Made by a program: the position numbers and the translations under genes. DNA of 64,000 nt, from NCBI GenBank assembly GCA_963817915.1, contig CAWFQL010000010.1:1-64000 (forward strand), given 5' to 3'. Below the pieces are notes generated by a model. The model ran no database searches. It was not told the DNA's origin and worked only from the letters and a program-made list of their open reading frames with translations. This document shows positions 1-10,366 of this stretch, one piece after another (the first letter of the stretch is position 1; each line of letters opens with the position of its first letter). The DNA comes from an uncultured candidate division Zixibacteria bacterium (GTDB lineage Bacteria; Zixibacteria; MSB-5A5; UBA10806).

Positions 1-1
1 A

Positions 2-55
2 GTGCAGGCGGAACTGAATAAATACTTAAAAGAATTGGGAGCAATTGAAAAATAA
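2..55 (+). CDS. hsdM: 3' end of probable type I restriction-modification methyltransferase subunit M (partial, runs off window)
   Basis: Frame reads VQAELNKYLKELGAIEK*, resembling typical HsdM C-termini; followed by dinD and an hsdS start. Confidence 0.55.
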   Translation: MQAELNKYLKELGAIEK

Positions 56-61
56 AATCAG

Positions 62-919
62 ATGGACAACAAATTATCAAATTCCAGGCAGACTATTTTT
101 GAGCAAATAAAAAGGATAAGTCAGAATAAATCTGAATATTGGACTGCCAGGGATTTAAGTAAGGTTCTGGAATATTCAGAATACCGGCATTTCAAACCTG
201 TTATTGATCGCGCAAAGGAAGCCTGCAAAAATAGCGGGTATCCTGTTGAAAACCATTTCGAGGATATCCTCGGAATGGTCTCAATAGGGTCACAGGCTGG
301 AAAGAGAGATCGAAGATATAAAATTATCCAGGTATGCCTGCTACCTTATTGTTCAAAACGCCGATCCGGGTAAAGAGATTGTGGCACTGGGACAAACATA
401 TTTTGCTGTGCAGACAAGACTGCCACACTAATCAGCAGATGGATGCTTATCAGCAATTGAATAAGAGAAGAAGAGAAACGTGTTTTTCTCAGGAAAGAAA
501 TGGCCGATCATAATAAACACCTTGCAGAAGCTGCCAAAGGTGCAGGGGTAATAGAACCAATTGACTATGCAATATTTCAGAATCATGGTTATATGGGTTT
601 ATATGGAGGACTCGATGCCAAGGGAATTCACAAACGCAAAGGGTTAAAGAAGATTGAAAATATTCTTGACCATATGGGCAGCACTTCGTTGGCAGCAAAC
701 CTATTTCGGGCTACTCAAACAGAAGAAAAATTGAAAAGAGAAAACATAAAAGGAAAACAAAAGGCTAATCTGACACATTATGAAGTTGGAAAAAAAGTAA
801 GAAAAACGATTCAGGAACTAGGAGGTAGAATGCCTGAGGATTTACCTGTAGCAGGAAGTATTAAAAAACTTGATAAGAAGGATAATCTTAAAAAGCTGAC
901 AGGCAAAAAGAAAAAATGA
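62..919 (+). CDS. dinD: DNA-damage-inducible protein D (Bro-N-like), split by frameshifts
   Basis: ORF 62-373 (FEQIKR..EYWTARDL..LEYSEYRHF) and ORF 500-919 (HNKHLAEAAK..DYAIFQNHGYMGLYGG..ILDHMGS..AANLFRATQ) are the N- and C-halves of DinD. Confidence 0.85.
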
Positions 920-995
920 AACTACGATATGCCTCCGAATATAATGTGGTCGAATTTGACCACTTTATAAATACAAAACATTTATAATCTGTTTG

Positions 996-1148
996 ATGAA
1001 CAATAACAAAACACAATATAAAGACTCACCCCTCGGCAAAATTCCAAGCGATTGGGAAGTGAATGAGTTAGAAAAAATTACTGAAAAGATAGGAGATGGG
1101 TTACATGGAACACCAGAATATGTCAGTTTCTCAGAATACTATTTTATC
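996..1148 (+). pseudogene. hsdS: Type I R-M specificity subunit S, 5' fragment only
   Basis: YKDSPLGKIPSDWEV..L.....KIGDGLHGTPEY..YYFI is a typical HsdS N-terminus; resemblance stops at about 1148. Confidence 0.8.
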
Positions 1149-2056
1149 CAGGTATCGCCGCCATCGGTTGTCTTCCAGATTCCAGTGGTCAGTCCTCCCA
1201 CTCGTCGATCCTCGGGGCGGCGAATTCGTTCCCACATAGCGGCATAAAGAATGCTGGGATTGGCCGGGTTGATTGCGACATCTATGGCGCTTGTTGAGTC
1301 AGTAATAAATAAGACACGCGCCCAGGAGTCGCCGCCATCGGTACTTCTATAAATTCCTCTATCGGGATTGGTACCAAACAACGCTCCCGCCGCCGCCACG
1401 AAAACTCGCTGGCTGTTGGATGGGTCAAAAACGATTCTTCCGATATGCCGGGAATTTGGCAATCCGCTGAATGCCCAAGTGGCTCCGCCATCCGTCGTAC
1501 GATATATTCCCGTGCCTTCGTACGAATCACCGCTGGCGTTGGCCTCGCCCGTACCGAGAAGTAGACGATCGGAATTATTGGGATCCATCGCGAGATCGCC
1601 AACCGAAAGACTGGGAACAGCGTCGGATACCGGATTCCATGTGAAACCGCCATCGATAGATTTGAAAACACCGCCTGCCGCGGCTCCAGCGTAAATTATA
1701 TCATTGTCCAGTGGGTCGGCGGCCAATGCGGTAATCCTTCCGCCAACATTTGATGGCCCCGCGAGAGTCCAGACACCATTATCGAGCCTGGCACTTTCAT
1801 TCCTTAATGTCACAGCCTTTTGGAGCGCTCGCGTATAGGCATTAAAGGGTATTTCTTTGTAAGGATATGCCCTCGAAAGTGTAAACCAATCAGTTGGCTT
1901 GCGGCTGGTATCGCCTTTACGTTTGGCCTTCTTGAATTCACTGAATTTTTGATATGTAGATTTATTTTGGGTCGTTTCGGATTCCCACCAGAAACCAATG
2001 GCGAGAATTGCCGCAACAAGACCCAATGACGCAAAATAATAAATGGCTCGTTTCAA
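1139..2056 (-). CDS. Secreted BNR/Asp-box repeat (VPS10/glycosyl-hydrolase-like beta-propeller) protein, apparently 3'-truncated
   Basis: N-terminal hydrophobic segment; GPSNVGGRIT motif; repeated S/TxDGGxTW boxes; ends right after an Asp-box at the hsdS junction. Confidence 0.8.
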   Translation of the reverse strand: MKRAIYYFASLGLVAAILAIGFWWESETTQNKSTYQKFSEFKKAKRKGDTSRKPTDWFTLSRAYPYKEIPFNAYTRALQKAVTLRNESARLDNGVWTLAGPSNVGGRITALAADPLDNDIIYAGAAAGGVFKSIDGGFTWNPVSDAVPSLSVGDLAMDPNNSDRLLLGTGEANASGDSYEGTGIYRTTDGGATWAFSGLPNSRHIGRIVFDPSNSQRVFVAAAGALFGTNPDRGIYRSTDGGDSWARVLFITDSTSAIDVAINPANPSILYAAMWERIRRPEDRRVGGLTTGIWKTTDGGDTWIK

Positions 2057-2272
2057 AATTATCTCCAGTTTCGAATTAACGCTTCATTCACCTAAAATTA
2101 TAACCAAAAATCGGCAAAAATAAATCCATATTTTGGGAGTTAATGCCGTCAATCTATTAATCGGCAGACATTGCCCATTCCCAAACATTTACTATTATTA
2201 AACACTTTAATAATGCCGCTAAAAATGCAAAGAAGAATAAATTTGATGTTCGAATACTCTCGCTAAACGAAT

Positions 2273-4349
2273 TCAGCGAGTTGAAGGACAATCGCTGCAG
2301 GCGGTGGGCTGATTTCCGCCCTTCAGGAAATTTACCAGATAAGTAATATCGAAGCCATTAAATGAACAACTGCCATTGACATCGGCAGCGACAAAAAGCA
2401 TTCCATGCGGCGGGCAGTCACAACTATCCTGGGGATCCGATCCAAAACCCTTGAAGTAATTGACAGTATAGAGCACGTCGCTGCCATTTATAACACCATC
2501 ATGGTTGATATCGCCGCTGAAATACCGGCAGGCGCCGGATTCGATTCTAAGGTAAACCGGGATATTATTAACCAATGAATTCTCATCGTTGGCGAGGAGC
2601 CTAAGGTTCGCCTCGTATTCGCCGTCGGCAAGATTGGAGGCATCGATATTGATGTTCACCGTAGTATCTGCATGCGATCGTAGGATTCCGTTGGTATTGT
2701 CAATTTGCAGCCAGGAAATATTTGGCGCAGGTCCGAGATAAAATTGAGTGCTCAGCAGGTTATGAATATAATCACTGTTGTAAGCCACCTGAAGGCCCAA
2801 TGTACCGCCGCGATTTTCGATTCCGACACTGCATTCATTCAGCCGAGCGGGTCCCATATTTTGATATTGGTAAATGATAGTATCGGGATAGATCAAAATA
2901 ACCTGGAAAGTATATCTTCCCTCCTGCCGGGAATCAGAAACATTCTGCCAGGTTATTATCGCGGAGTCGGCACGGTTAGTATAGAAATAAACATTCCCGC
3001 CATAGGCTAGGGTAAGGTCATCAAAAAAAGCCGACATCAAATTATTGGGAAGCGCAGCATCCGGAATCTGCATATTGTCCCATTGATGCAATGGAGAGTT
3101 CATAAATGACGCCCAGCCATTTGTGCTGAATCGTACATAATTATAAGTATTGCCATAATAATTAAAATAGAACCAGAGACTCTTGTACCCTGAGTTACCG
3201 TTATCGATATCATCAAATTGGACATTTTCACCAATCTCGGAGATATCCTTCCAGGAATAGACGGGCCCGTTAGGGGAATCGCTGTCATTCCAACGATAAC
3301 CGAAGGTGTCGCGCCGTTCGGGAAGCATGGGAGTCAAATTATAACTTAAGAATCCAAAGCCGGTATTGGATATATTTAACGTACTTGAGGTCTGAACACC
3401 GGGCGGCATCGTAATTTCAACTGTATCCGGATCGAAGGCAAGAACCAGGTACTCCGCCGGGCCGGAAAATCGGCCTTTGAGTGGCTGTGCCGAATGATGC
3501 CGAATAGTACTTGATATAAAAATAACCATCTAATCCCCAACCTTCGCCCCAGCTATTTTTCACGATCCACGCGCCCTCACCATTGCACATATTGTCATCC
3601 CAGCCGACAATCACAACAGCGTGATTAATGTTTTCACCCCCGGCATGCTCATAGCATCCTCCGGTATAGCCAAAGAAGTCATCATAGACTGTAAACGTTG
3701 TTGAAAGCGGCCCCAGCATGAGTGCGTTTTTGATGGAATTGACATCGTTGGGAATATCGACAAATGTGAGTAAATTGGATTCGATTTCACATCTATCCTG
3801 CGTGCAGGGAATAGTATCCAACGCCATATAAGGCATGCATATCTCTCCCACCGCGCCGAAATCTCTGAATAGATTATAGGCGCTATTCATCCAACCGCCT
3901 CCGCATCCGGAGCTTTCGGCATTGCAGGACAGTACCTGTTGTTCGGAAAGATCGTATTCTATACCGTTGACAATTTTTATCGATGACTCGAACGCGCCTG
4001 TAGCCGCAAACGCCCAGCACGAGCCGCATCCTCCCTGATTTTTGACCGGTGTCACACCGTTGATAAGCCGCCAATCAAAAACCGCCTGCGTATTCAGCAA
4101 TGCCGGCGGCGGAAGACTATCTAAGTGAGCGAAATGTCGTCTGACATCATCTGGCATAACCGCGCCGAGTCGTTTATGTCTCTCTTCAAGCGGTAGATTC
4201 ATCATTGAAGTATGCCCGGCGGTCCAACTCAGGCCATTATCATCGATATATTTTTGAATTTGCCGTACTTCATCCGAGGCCTGCCCGAATATGATAGAAG
4301 GAGCAAAAGCTAATGCGATCAATACAAACATTATAGAAATTTTTCTCAT
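2273..4349 (-). CDS. Secreted papain-family (C1A) cysteine protease with C-terminal extension and dockerin-like domain, frameshifted near 3480-3530
   Basis: Signal peptide; QGGCGSCWAF, NHAV and VKNSWG catalytic motifs (ORF 3417-4349); ORF 2273-3529 ends in two GDxNxDG/ADVNG EF-hand-like repeats. Confidence 0.85.
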
Positions 4350-4388
4350 AGCGATTCCTTATCATTCAAATGATGCTTCATCAAATGA

Positions 4389-4416
4389 ATGATAGCTAAA
4401 TATAGGATAATGTCAA
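4389..4416 (-). promoter_or_regulatory. Sigma70-like promoter for the protease gene
   Basis: TTGACA-16 nt-TATCAT on the minus strand. Confidence 0.5.
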
Positions 4417-4445
4417 TTAAAGAAATGATTTATATATATTAAAAA

Positions 4446-4527
4446 TGCGGAAGAGGGGAGTTGAACCCCTACGCCTTTCGGCACCACCCCCTCAAGATGG
4501 CGTGTCTGCCAGTTCCACCACTTCCGC
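4446..4527 (-). tRNA. tRNA-Leu (anticodon GAG), CCA not encoded
   Basis: Reverse complement GCGGAAGTGGTGGAACTGGCAGACACGCCATCTTGAGGGGGTGG...GGTTCAACTCCCCTCTTCCGCA; long variable arm; conserved position downstream of secG. Confidence 0.95.
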
Positions 4528-4537
4528 GGAAAATAGA

Positions 4538-4948
4538 CTATTTATGAGTCGTATCGGTCGAAGGCTTTTGATTAAAGAGGTCGCCGCCACTCTGCTGGTC
4601 GCCCGCCGGGGCCTGCCCAGGAGTAGTCGATGCCGGGGGTAAACCCACATCCTTGGGACCTTCTTTTAAGTCTTTTACGACACCAGTTTCGCTTGGGCCC
4701 TGACGGACGCCGAGCGATAAAAATGTCAAAGAAATACTTGACACCATAAAGGCAATTGCAAGCACCGTAGTGGCTTTCGATAGGAAAGTTGCGGCTCCGC
4801 GGCCACCGAAAACTGCGCCGGAAAGCCCGCCGCCTCCGAACGCGCCGGCCAGTCCTTCACCCTTCGATGATTGCAATAAGACAACTACTATCAATGCCAG
4901 ACAAATTAATGTATGGATAATGATTAGAAATGGATAAAATAGTGCCAT
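4538..4948 (-). CDS. secG: Preprotein translocase subunit SecG
   Basis: LIVVVLLQSSKGEGLAGAFGGG..FGGRGAATFLSKAT; tpiA-secG-tRNA-Leu synteny. Confidence 0.95.
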   Translation of the reverse strand: MALFYPFLIIIHTLICLALIVVVLLQSSKGEGLAGAFGGGGLSGAVFGGRGAATFLSKATTVLAIAFMVSSISLTFLSLGVRQGPSETGVVKDLKEGPKDVGLPPASTTPGQAPAGDQQSGGDLFNQKPSTDTTHK

Positions 4949-5034
4949 AATTTATTTAAAACCTCCCATTGTGATCAAACCAAATATTTCTAACATTCGA
5001 TTAAAATATGGCAAAACAGTATTATGTCAAGCCT

Positions 5035-5784
5035 TTATTTGAATGATTCGGCAATCGCGGCAAATGAATCGGCCTTAAGACTTGCACCCCCGACCAGGAA
5101 GCCATCGATATCTTCCATTTTGCTGAGAGCACCGGCATTATCAGGTTTAACAGACCCGCCATAGAGTATTCGAATATTCTCGGATGCCAACTTACTCCAT
5201 TTTCCTGCAATAAGTCCGCGAATGAATCGATGCACTTCTTCAGCCTGTTCAGGCGAGGCATTCCTACCCGTGCCAATGGCCCAAACCGGCTCATATGCTA
5301 TGACCAATTTGCTGATATCATCAATGCCTTTGAGACCGTTGACAATCTGACTTTCAATTACTTTTTCGGTCACTCCCTCTTCGCGCTGTGCCAATGTCTC
5401 CCCTATGCAAACAATCGGTCTAAGCCCACCCGCCATCGCGGCAATAGTTTTGAGTCGAATCTTTTCATCTGTCTCACCGAAATATGTCCGTCGTTCCGAA
5501 TGACCGATCAATACGGCTCTGCATCCGGCGCCGAATAGCATGCTGGCCGATATTTCTCCTGTGAAGGCGCCCTCTTTCTCCCAATGCAGATTCTGGCCGC
5601 CGACTTCTATTTCCGTCTCACGGAGAGCGGATACAACCTCATATATCGATGTATATGGAGGAAAGACCGCTAAGTCAGCCCATGAGCAATTCAATAACTT
5701 CGATTTTAGTTCGATTGCCAAACGCCGAGCCGAGACGGGCTCAGTGAACATTTTCCAATTTCCGGCTACCAGGGGACGACGCAA
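5035..5784 (-). CDS. tpiA: Triosephosphate isomerase
   Basis: VAGNWKM, GAFTGEIS, IGHSERR, AYEPVWAIGTG, LVGGASL. Confidence 0.99.
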   Translation of the reverse strand: MRRPLVAGNWKMFTEPVSARRLAIELKSKLLNCSWADLAVFPPYTSIYEVVSALRETEIEVGGQNLHWEKEGAFTGEISASMLFGAGCRAVLIGHSERRTYFGETDEKIRLKTIAAMAGGLRPIVCIGETLAQREEGVTEKVIESQIVNGLKGIDDISKLVIAYEPVWAIGTGRNASPEQAEEVHRFIRGLIAGKWSKLASENIRILYGGSVKPDNAGALSKMEDIDGFLVGGASLKADSFAAIAESFK

Positions 5785-6990
5785 TTATCTGCCCCCTTTG
5801 TTGGTCAATGCCGCTACTCCGGGCAATTCTTTGCCTTCGAGAAATTCCAGCGACGCGCCGCCGCCGGTGGAAACATGCGATACTCTTTCGGCCAGACCGG
5901 ATTTTTCAACTGCAGAAGCAGAATCTCCTCCTCCGATAATAGTGATCGCTCCATTATCCGTAGCGGCCGCCATCGCCTTGGCGATTTCGAATGTGCCGGT
6001 TGCGAATGGCTGTTTTTCAAATACGCCCATGGGGCCATTCCAAATTACTGTACCGGCCGTTTTAATTCGTTCTCGAAATATCTCTATAGTCCTGGGCCCG
6101 ATATCAGCCCCGATCATTTCTTTTTTGATACCTGCCGCGCCTACTATCTCCATCGATGGAGGCTCGGCATTAATATCGGGGGTAATTACGACATCAACTG
6201 GAAGAACAAAATCAATCTTGCGAGTATCTGCCAGCATCATGACATTATTTGCCTCGCCGATTTTGTCTTCTTCGAGAAGCGATTTGCCAATCTCCAAGCC
6301 TTTGGCTTTGAAGAAAGTGAACGCCATCCCGCCACCAATCAAAAGAGTGTCTACTTTTTCCATTAGATTAGAAATCACATCGATCTTCCCGGAAATTTTG
6401 GCTCCACCCAATATCGCGACAAACGGGTGAATCGGATCATCGAGCGCTGATCCAAGGTACGATATCTCTTTCAACATAAGATATCCTGCCACGCATGGTT
6501 GTATGAAATGGGTAACGCCTTCTGTCGAAGAATGAGCCCTGTGCGCCGATCCGAAAGCGTCATTGACATACAAATCCGCCAGCGATGCTAATTGCTTCGA
6601 AAATCCAGGATCGTTTTTTTCTTCCTCAGGGTGGAAACGGAGATTTTCGAGCAAAATGATTCCGCCATCGCTAAGTGATTTTATTCCATCAATTGCGGGT
6701 TTGCCAATGCAATCATCGGCAAAGCCCACGGGCACTCCCATTAATTGCGATAGTCTTTTAGCCACGGGCCTGAGGCTGAATTCGGGCGTAGGCTTGCCCT
6801 TTGGACGGCCGAGGTGAGAGATAAGAATCGCCCTGCCGCCGCCGCCAATTATCTTTTGGATAGTCGGAATCGAGGCCTTAATCCTGGTATCATCTCCGAC
6901 CTTATCGCCCTCAAGAGGAACATTAAAATCTACACGAACAAGGACATTTTTCCTGCTGAATTCAACATCGTCTATCGTAAGCTTATTCAC
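5785..6990 (-). CDS. pgk: Phosphoglycerate kinase
   Basis: RVDFNVP, SHLGRP, LLENLRF, NDAFG, STGGGASLEFLEG. Confidence 0.99.
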   Translation of the reverse strand: MNKLTIDDVEFSRKNVLVRVDFNVPLEGDKVGDDTRIKASIPTIQKIIGGGGRAILISHLGRPKGKPTPEFSLRPVAKRLSQLMGVPVGFADDCIGKPAIDGIKSLSDGGIILLENLRFHPEEEKNDPGFSKQLASLADLYVNDAFGSAHRAHSSTEGVTHFIQPCVAGYLMLKEISYLGSALDDPIHPFVAILGGAKISGKIDVISNLMEKVDTLLIGGGMAFTFFKAKGLEIGKSLLEEDKIGEANNVMMLADTRKIDFVLPVDVVITPDINAEPPSMEIVGAAGIKKEMIGADIGPRTIEIFRERIKTAGTVIWNGPMGVFEKQPFATGTFEIAKAMAAATDNGAITIIGGGDSASAVEKSGLAERVSHVSTGGGASLEFLEGKELPGVAALTNKGGR

Positions 6991-7022
6991 AACCCCTCCC
7001 TATTAAGGAGATTTTATCATGT

Positions 7023-9287
7023 TTAAGGATTAGGATCAAATATCACAACTATTGGCGCGGATTTAGCCGACTCAAGCCCGCCTCTTGTTTTGGCTGATAC
7101 GGAATAATAATAGGTCCCCGCCGAATCGGGAATGTCTGACGCCTCCGCGGCATAGACTGTCTGTGTAAGCAGCGGCGCCGGGTCGCTGATTGAAAGGCTC
7201 CTGTAAATATTGTATTCCGACGCTCCCGTCACATCATTCCACAATAGCCGGACATTGGTACCGGCATCGTATCCTGATAAATTAGTCGGAACCTGCAAAA
7301 TCCCCGAGAAATATACATGCGCGGATTCGGACAAATCCGAAATTGCATATGTGCCGGTAATGGCCTGAATTTTGTAATAATAATGTCCGGTTTCGTCAGG
7401 CCAGTCTTCATAGTATGTAGTCGTATACGCGGAATCTATCGGCAGATAGTCGCCATTTTGTGTAAATGAACGATAAATCTTGAATTCGCAAACCGTATCC
7501 AGGCTCGCCCAGCGCAGAACTACCTTAAACAATTCATCGGTAGCGGTGACATCGGTAGGTGGAAGAGGCCGCGCGGTAAAATATGTATAAGCATAGAAGC
7601 TATAATCGGAGATATGGCCGGCGTTATCCTTTGCCCTGACTCGGTAGTAGTATGGCCCGGCGCTGACAGGCACATCAGTAAATGAAGTCTGATCGGTTGT
7701 ATCGATTTCCATATACGCGCCGCCCGGCAACGGTGCCCTGTAAATAACATAGCTATTCGCTTCCGCAACTTGATCCCATTGAATAGTCACGAAGAGTCCG
7801 AAATTTTCCGCGCTGACATTTAATGGAAATGGCAGATTATTCGAAAAATAAACCTGCGTAAAATTGGAGAGCTGTCCAGGCACGCCGTCAACAGTCTCGG
7901 TAGCAACTTTATATCTATAATCTCCCGGTTGCGGCGGGATATCGGTCATATCGTGAGAGACAGAGGTAACTCTGCCGATTTGGTGATATGTCAGATTATC
8001 ATCTGATCTATAAATCAGGTATGCCCCGGCCCAGAGAACAACATCCCATGAGACGAGCACCGAAAGCCCCTGGTCGCGCGCTGTGACCCTATCCGGCGGG
8101 TCGAGTACACCATCGAAAAATACGCTCACCGCCTGAGACAGTTCTGATTCGAGTCCGTTAGGACCAACAATAGAAACTTTATATCGATAATTGTCGTGGG
8201 TTGCTGGAGTATTTTCGAAATATGTAAGATACGTTGTGTCGATCTTAACATATTCCGTATCGTTCGGAGTCGAACGATAAATATTGTAGTATCCCGAATT
8301 TCCATTACTCTGCCATGTCAGATATATATTAGAACCGCGATCGATAAGCACCAGACCTGTCGGCGGGTCGTAACGGCCGTCATAATTAACGAGCGCATTG
8401 GTCGATGGCTGAGATTCGGTATTGAATGAACTGACTGCGGTCGCGCGGTAATAATAATTTCCGTACGATGATGGTACATTCGTGTAATTGTTCTGAGAAG
8501 TCGAATCGATCAATTCCCATGTGGTCGGAGTATTGATCGCTCTAAAAATCTTATACTTGACCGCATTTTGATTGGCGCTCCATTGCAGATAGACATGCGT
8601 GATCTGATCAGAAGCCGTAAAATTGGTGGGCGGCGTTATGGATGCCGTAAAATCCACAGCGGCCATATTTGATTGCGCCGATTCAATACCTTCGGAAACC
8701 GAGCTTACCTTATATTCATAGCCATCGATCGTGGGAGGAATATTGATTTTCGTAATTGTCCCGAATCCGGTATCCGCGGTCGCTATCATCTGGAAAATTC
8801 CAGTCGAATGCAACGCGCGATATATATTGTACGAATCAGCGTGATAAGCATGTTCCCAGCTCAGTATCACGCAGGCATCGCCATTAACCGCGATTAAATT
8901 AGCAGGCACCGGGTCTTTTAGTTCGACATTGACGGTTACTCCATTACCTGAAGTTACTATAATCGGATAACGGGCCGTATGAAGCTCTTCTGAATTTAGG
9001 ACGATGTCGTATTCGATTCTATATTGTCCGGGTAAAACATCGAAACTATAGTCACCGTCGCCAGAGCTTTCGGCAATGCCGGCTGACTCCTCGATTTTGC
9101 CTGCTCCGCCCATCGAATGAGTATAAAGTGAAATCGTAACAGTCACGCCAGCCATCCCGACACCATCGACAGTGACGCGCCCGTTAATAGTACCATTTGA
9201 TGGAGCGACTGTTTTTTGTTCTTTCGAACAGCCTGACGCCAAAATAGCAATCAGGATATAGAATAAAGTAAAAGCTTTCCGGGCCAA
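7023..9287 (-). CDS. Lipoprotein with about 6 fibronectin type III-like repeats
   Basis: Lipobox LASGC; GGAGG RBS before TTG; roughly 90-aa repeats with W....A..Y.IYR and YYY.V....G.ES..S. Confidence 0.8.
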   Translation of the reverse strand: MARKAFTLFYILIAILASGCSKEQKTVAPSNGTINGRVTVDGVGMAGVTVTISLYTHSMGGAGKIEESAGIAESSGDGDYSFDVLPGQYRIEYDIVLNSEELHTARYPIIVTSGNGVTVNVELKDPVPANLIAVNGDACVILSWEHAYHADSYNIYRALHSTGIFQMIATADTGFGTITKINIPPTIDGYEYKVSSVSEGIESAQSNMAAVDFTASITPPTNFTASDQITHVYLQWSANQNAVKYKIFRAINTPTTWELIDSTSQNNYTNVPSSYGNYYYRATAVSSFNTESQPSTNALVNYDGRYDPPTGLVLIDRGSNIYLTWQSNGNSGYYNIYRSTPNDTEYVKIDTTYLTYFENTPATHDNYRYKVSIVGPNGLESELSQAVSVFFDGVLDPPDRVTARDQGLSVLVSWDVVLWAGAYLIYRSDDNLTYHQIGRVTSVSHDMTDIPPQPGDYRYKVATETVDGVPGQLSNFTQVYFSNNLPFPLNVSAENFGLFVTIQWDQVAEANSYVIYRAPLPGGAYMEIDTTDQTSFTDVPVSAGPYYYRVRAKDNAGHISDYSFYAYTYFTARPLPPTDVTATDELFKVVLRWASLDTVCEFKIYRSFTQNGDYLPIDSAYTTTYYEDWPDETGHYYYKIQAITGTYAISDLSESAHVYFSGILQVPTNLSGYDAGTNVRLLWNDVTGASEYNIYRSLSISDPAPLLTQTVYAAEASDIPDSAGTYYYSVSAKTRGGLESAKSAPIVVIFDPNP

Positions 9288-9351
9288 TTTTACCTCCCGG
9301 GATAAAAATTTGAAATGTCTCTCACTCTGACAAAACTGCGCTTATGTTAAA

Positions 9352-10350
9352 TCAGGCCATCATCAATTTGAGCATTTCCACCATTCTGCAGGAGAAACCC
9401 CATTCGTTGTCGTACCAGGAGAAAACCTTTACAAGGTTTCCGCCGACAACCATGGTTGAAAGTGCGTCAAATATAGATGAGTGCGAATTGCCAATGACAT
9501 CTGAGGAAACTATCGGGTCCTCGGTGTACTCCAGAACCCCTTTCATTGGCCCCATCGCTGCCTTTTTCATTGCAGCATTAATTACTTCGACCGTTGTGGC
9601 AGTTTCGAGTTCTACCACAAGGTCGACCATCGAGCCGTCGGGAGTAGGCACTCTGACAGCCACACCATCGAGCTTCCCCTTCATATCGGGGATAACTTCA
9701 GCAATCGCCTTGGCCGCGCCTGTCGATGTTGGTATTGCCGACATCGAGGCGGCTCTGGCACGACGCAAATCCTTATGCGGCAGATCGAGTATGCGCTGAT
9801 CATTTGTGAAGGCATGGATTGTAGTCATGAAACCGCGTTTGATTTTGAAATTATCGTGAAGCACCTTCACAACCGGCGCCAGGCAATTGGTAGTGCATGA
9901 ACCGATTGAAATAACGTCATGCTTTGATTTATCATATTTATCGAAATTAACGCCCTGTACGAATGTACCGTCATGCCCCTTGGCAGGCGCCGAAATTAGT
10001 ACCTTTTTCGCTCCGGCGTTCAGATGCTTCATGCAATCTTCTTTGCCGCGAAAGAGCCCGGTAGATTCTACTACAATATCGACTCCAAGGCTCTTCCATG
10101 GCAATTTGGTTGCGTCTTTCTCTGATAATACTTTCACGAATTTTCCATCGATATCCATTCCGCCATCTTTGGCCACGACATTGCCGTTATAGCGGCGGTG
10201 GATAGAATCATATTTGAAAAGATGCGTGAGTGTCGCCGCATCGGTAATATCATTAACAGCAACGAAATCTAATCCCGGTTCTTTTATTCCGGCCCGTAAC
10301 ACCAATCTTCCGATTCTTCCAAACCCATTAATACCAATCTTGATCGCCAT
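9352..10350 (-). CDS. gap: Type I glyceraldehyde-3-phosphate dehydrogenase
   Basis: GINGFGRIGR, SCTTNCL, WYDNEWG. Confidence 0.99.
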   Translation of the reverse strand: MAIKIGINGFGRIGRLVLRAGIKEPGLDFVAVNDITDAATLTHLFKYDSIHRRYNGNVVAKDGGMDIDGKFVKVLSEKDATKLPWKSLGVDIVVESTGLFRGKEDCMKHLNAGAKKVLISAPAKGHDGTFVQGVNFDKYDKSKHDVISIGSCTTNCLAPVVKVLHDNFKIKRGFMTTIHAFTNDQRILDLPHKDLRRARAASMSAIPTSTGAAKAIAEVIPDMKGKLDGVAVRVPTPDGSMVDLVVELETATTVEVINAAMKKAAMGPMKGVLEYTEDPIVSSDVIGNSHSSIFDALSTMVVGGNLVKVFSWYDNEWGFSCRMVEMLKLMMA

Positions 10351-10366
10351 TATGCCTCCTCAATTA

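Noticed and set aside
324..335. TTATCCAGGTAT shared with the junction at 1144-1155 as a recombination site
   Set aside because: Only 12 bp, inside coding sequence in both places, with no recombinase nearby; could be chance
4380..4527. Integrative element at tRNA-Leu
   Set aside because: No integrase and no duplicated tRNA 3' end seen in the window
4445..4642. 65-aa plus-strand ORF
   Set aside because: It is the antisense of tRNA-Leu and the secG 3' end
5540..6430. Long antisense ORFs over pgk, gap, pfk, rtcB, tag and others
   Set aside because: Shadow frames of well-supported genes with no recognisable motifs
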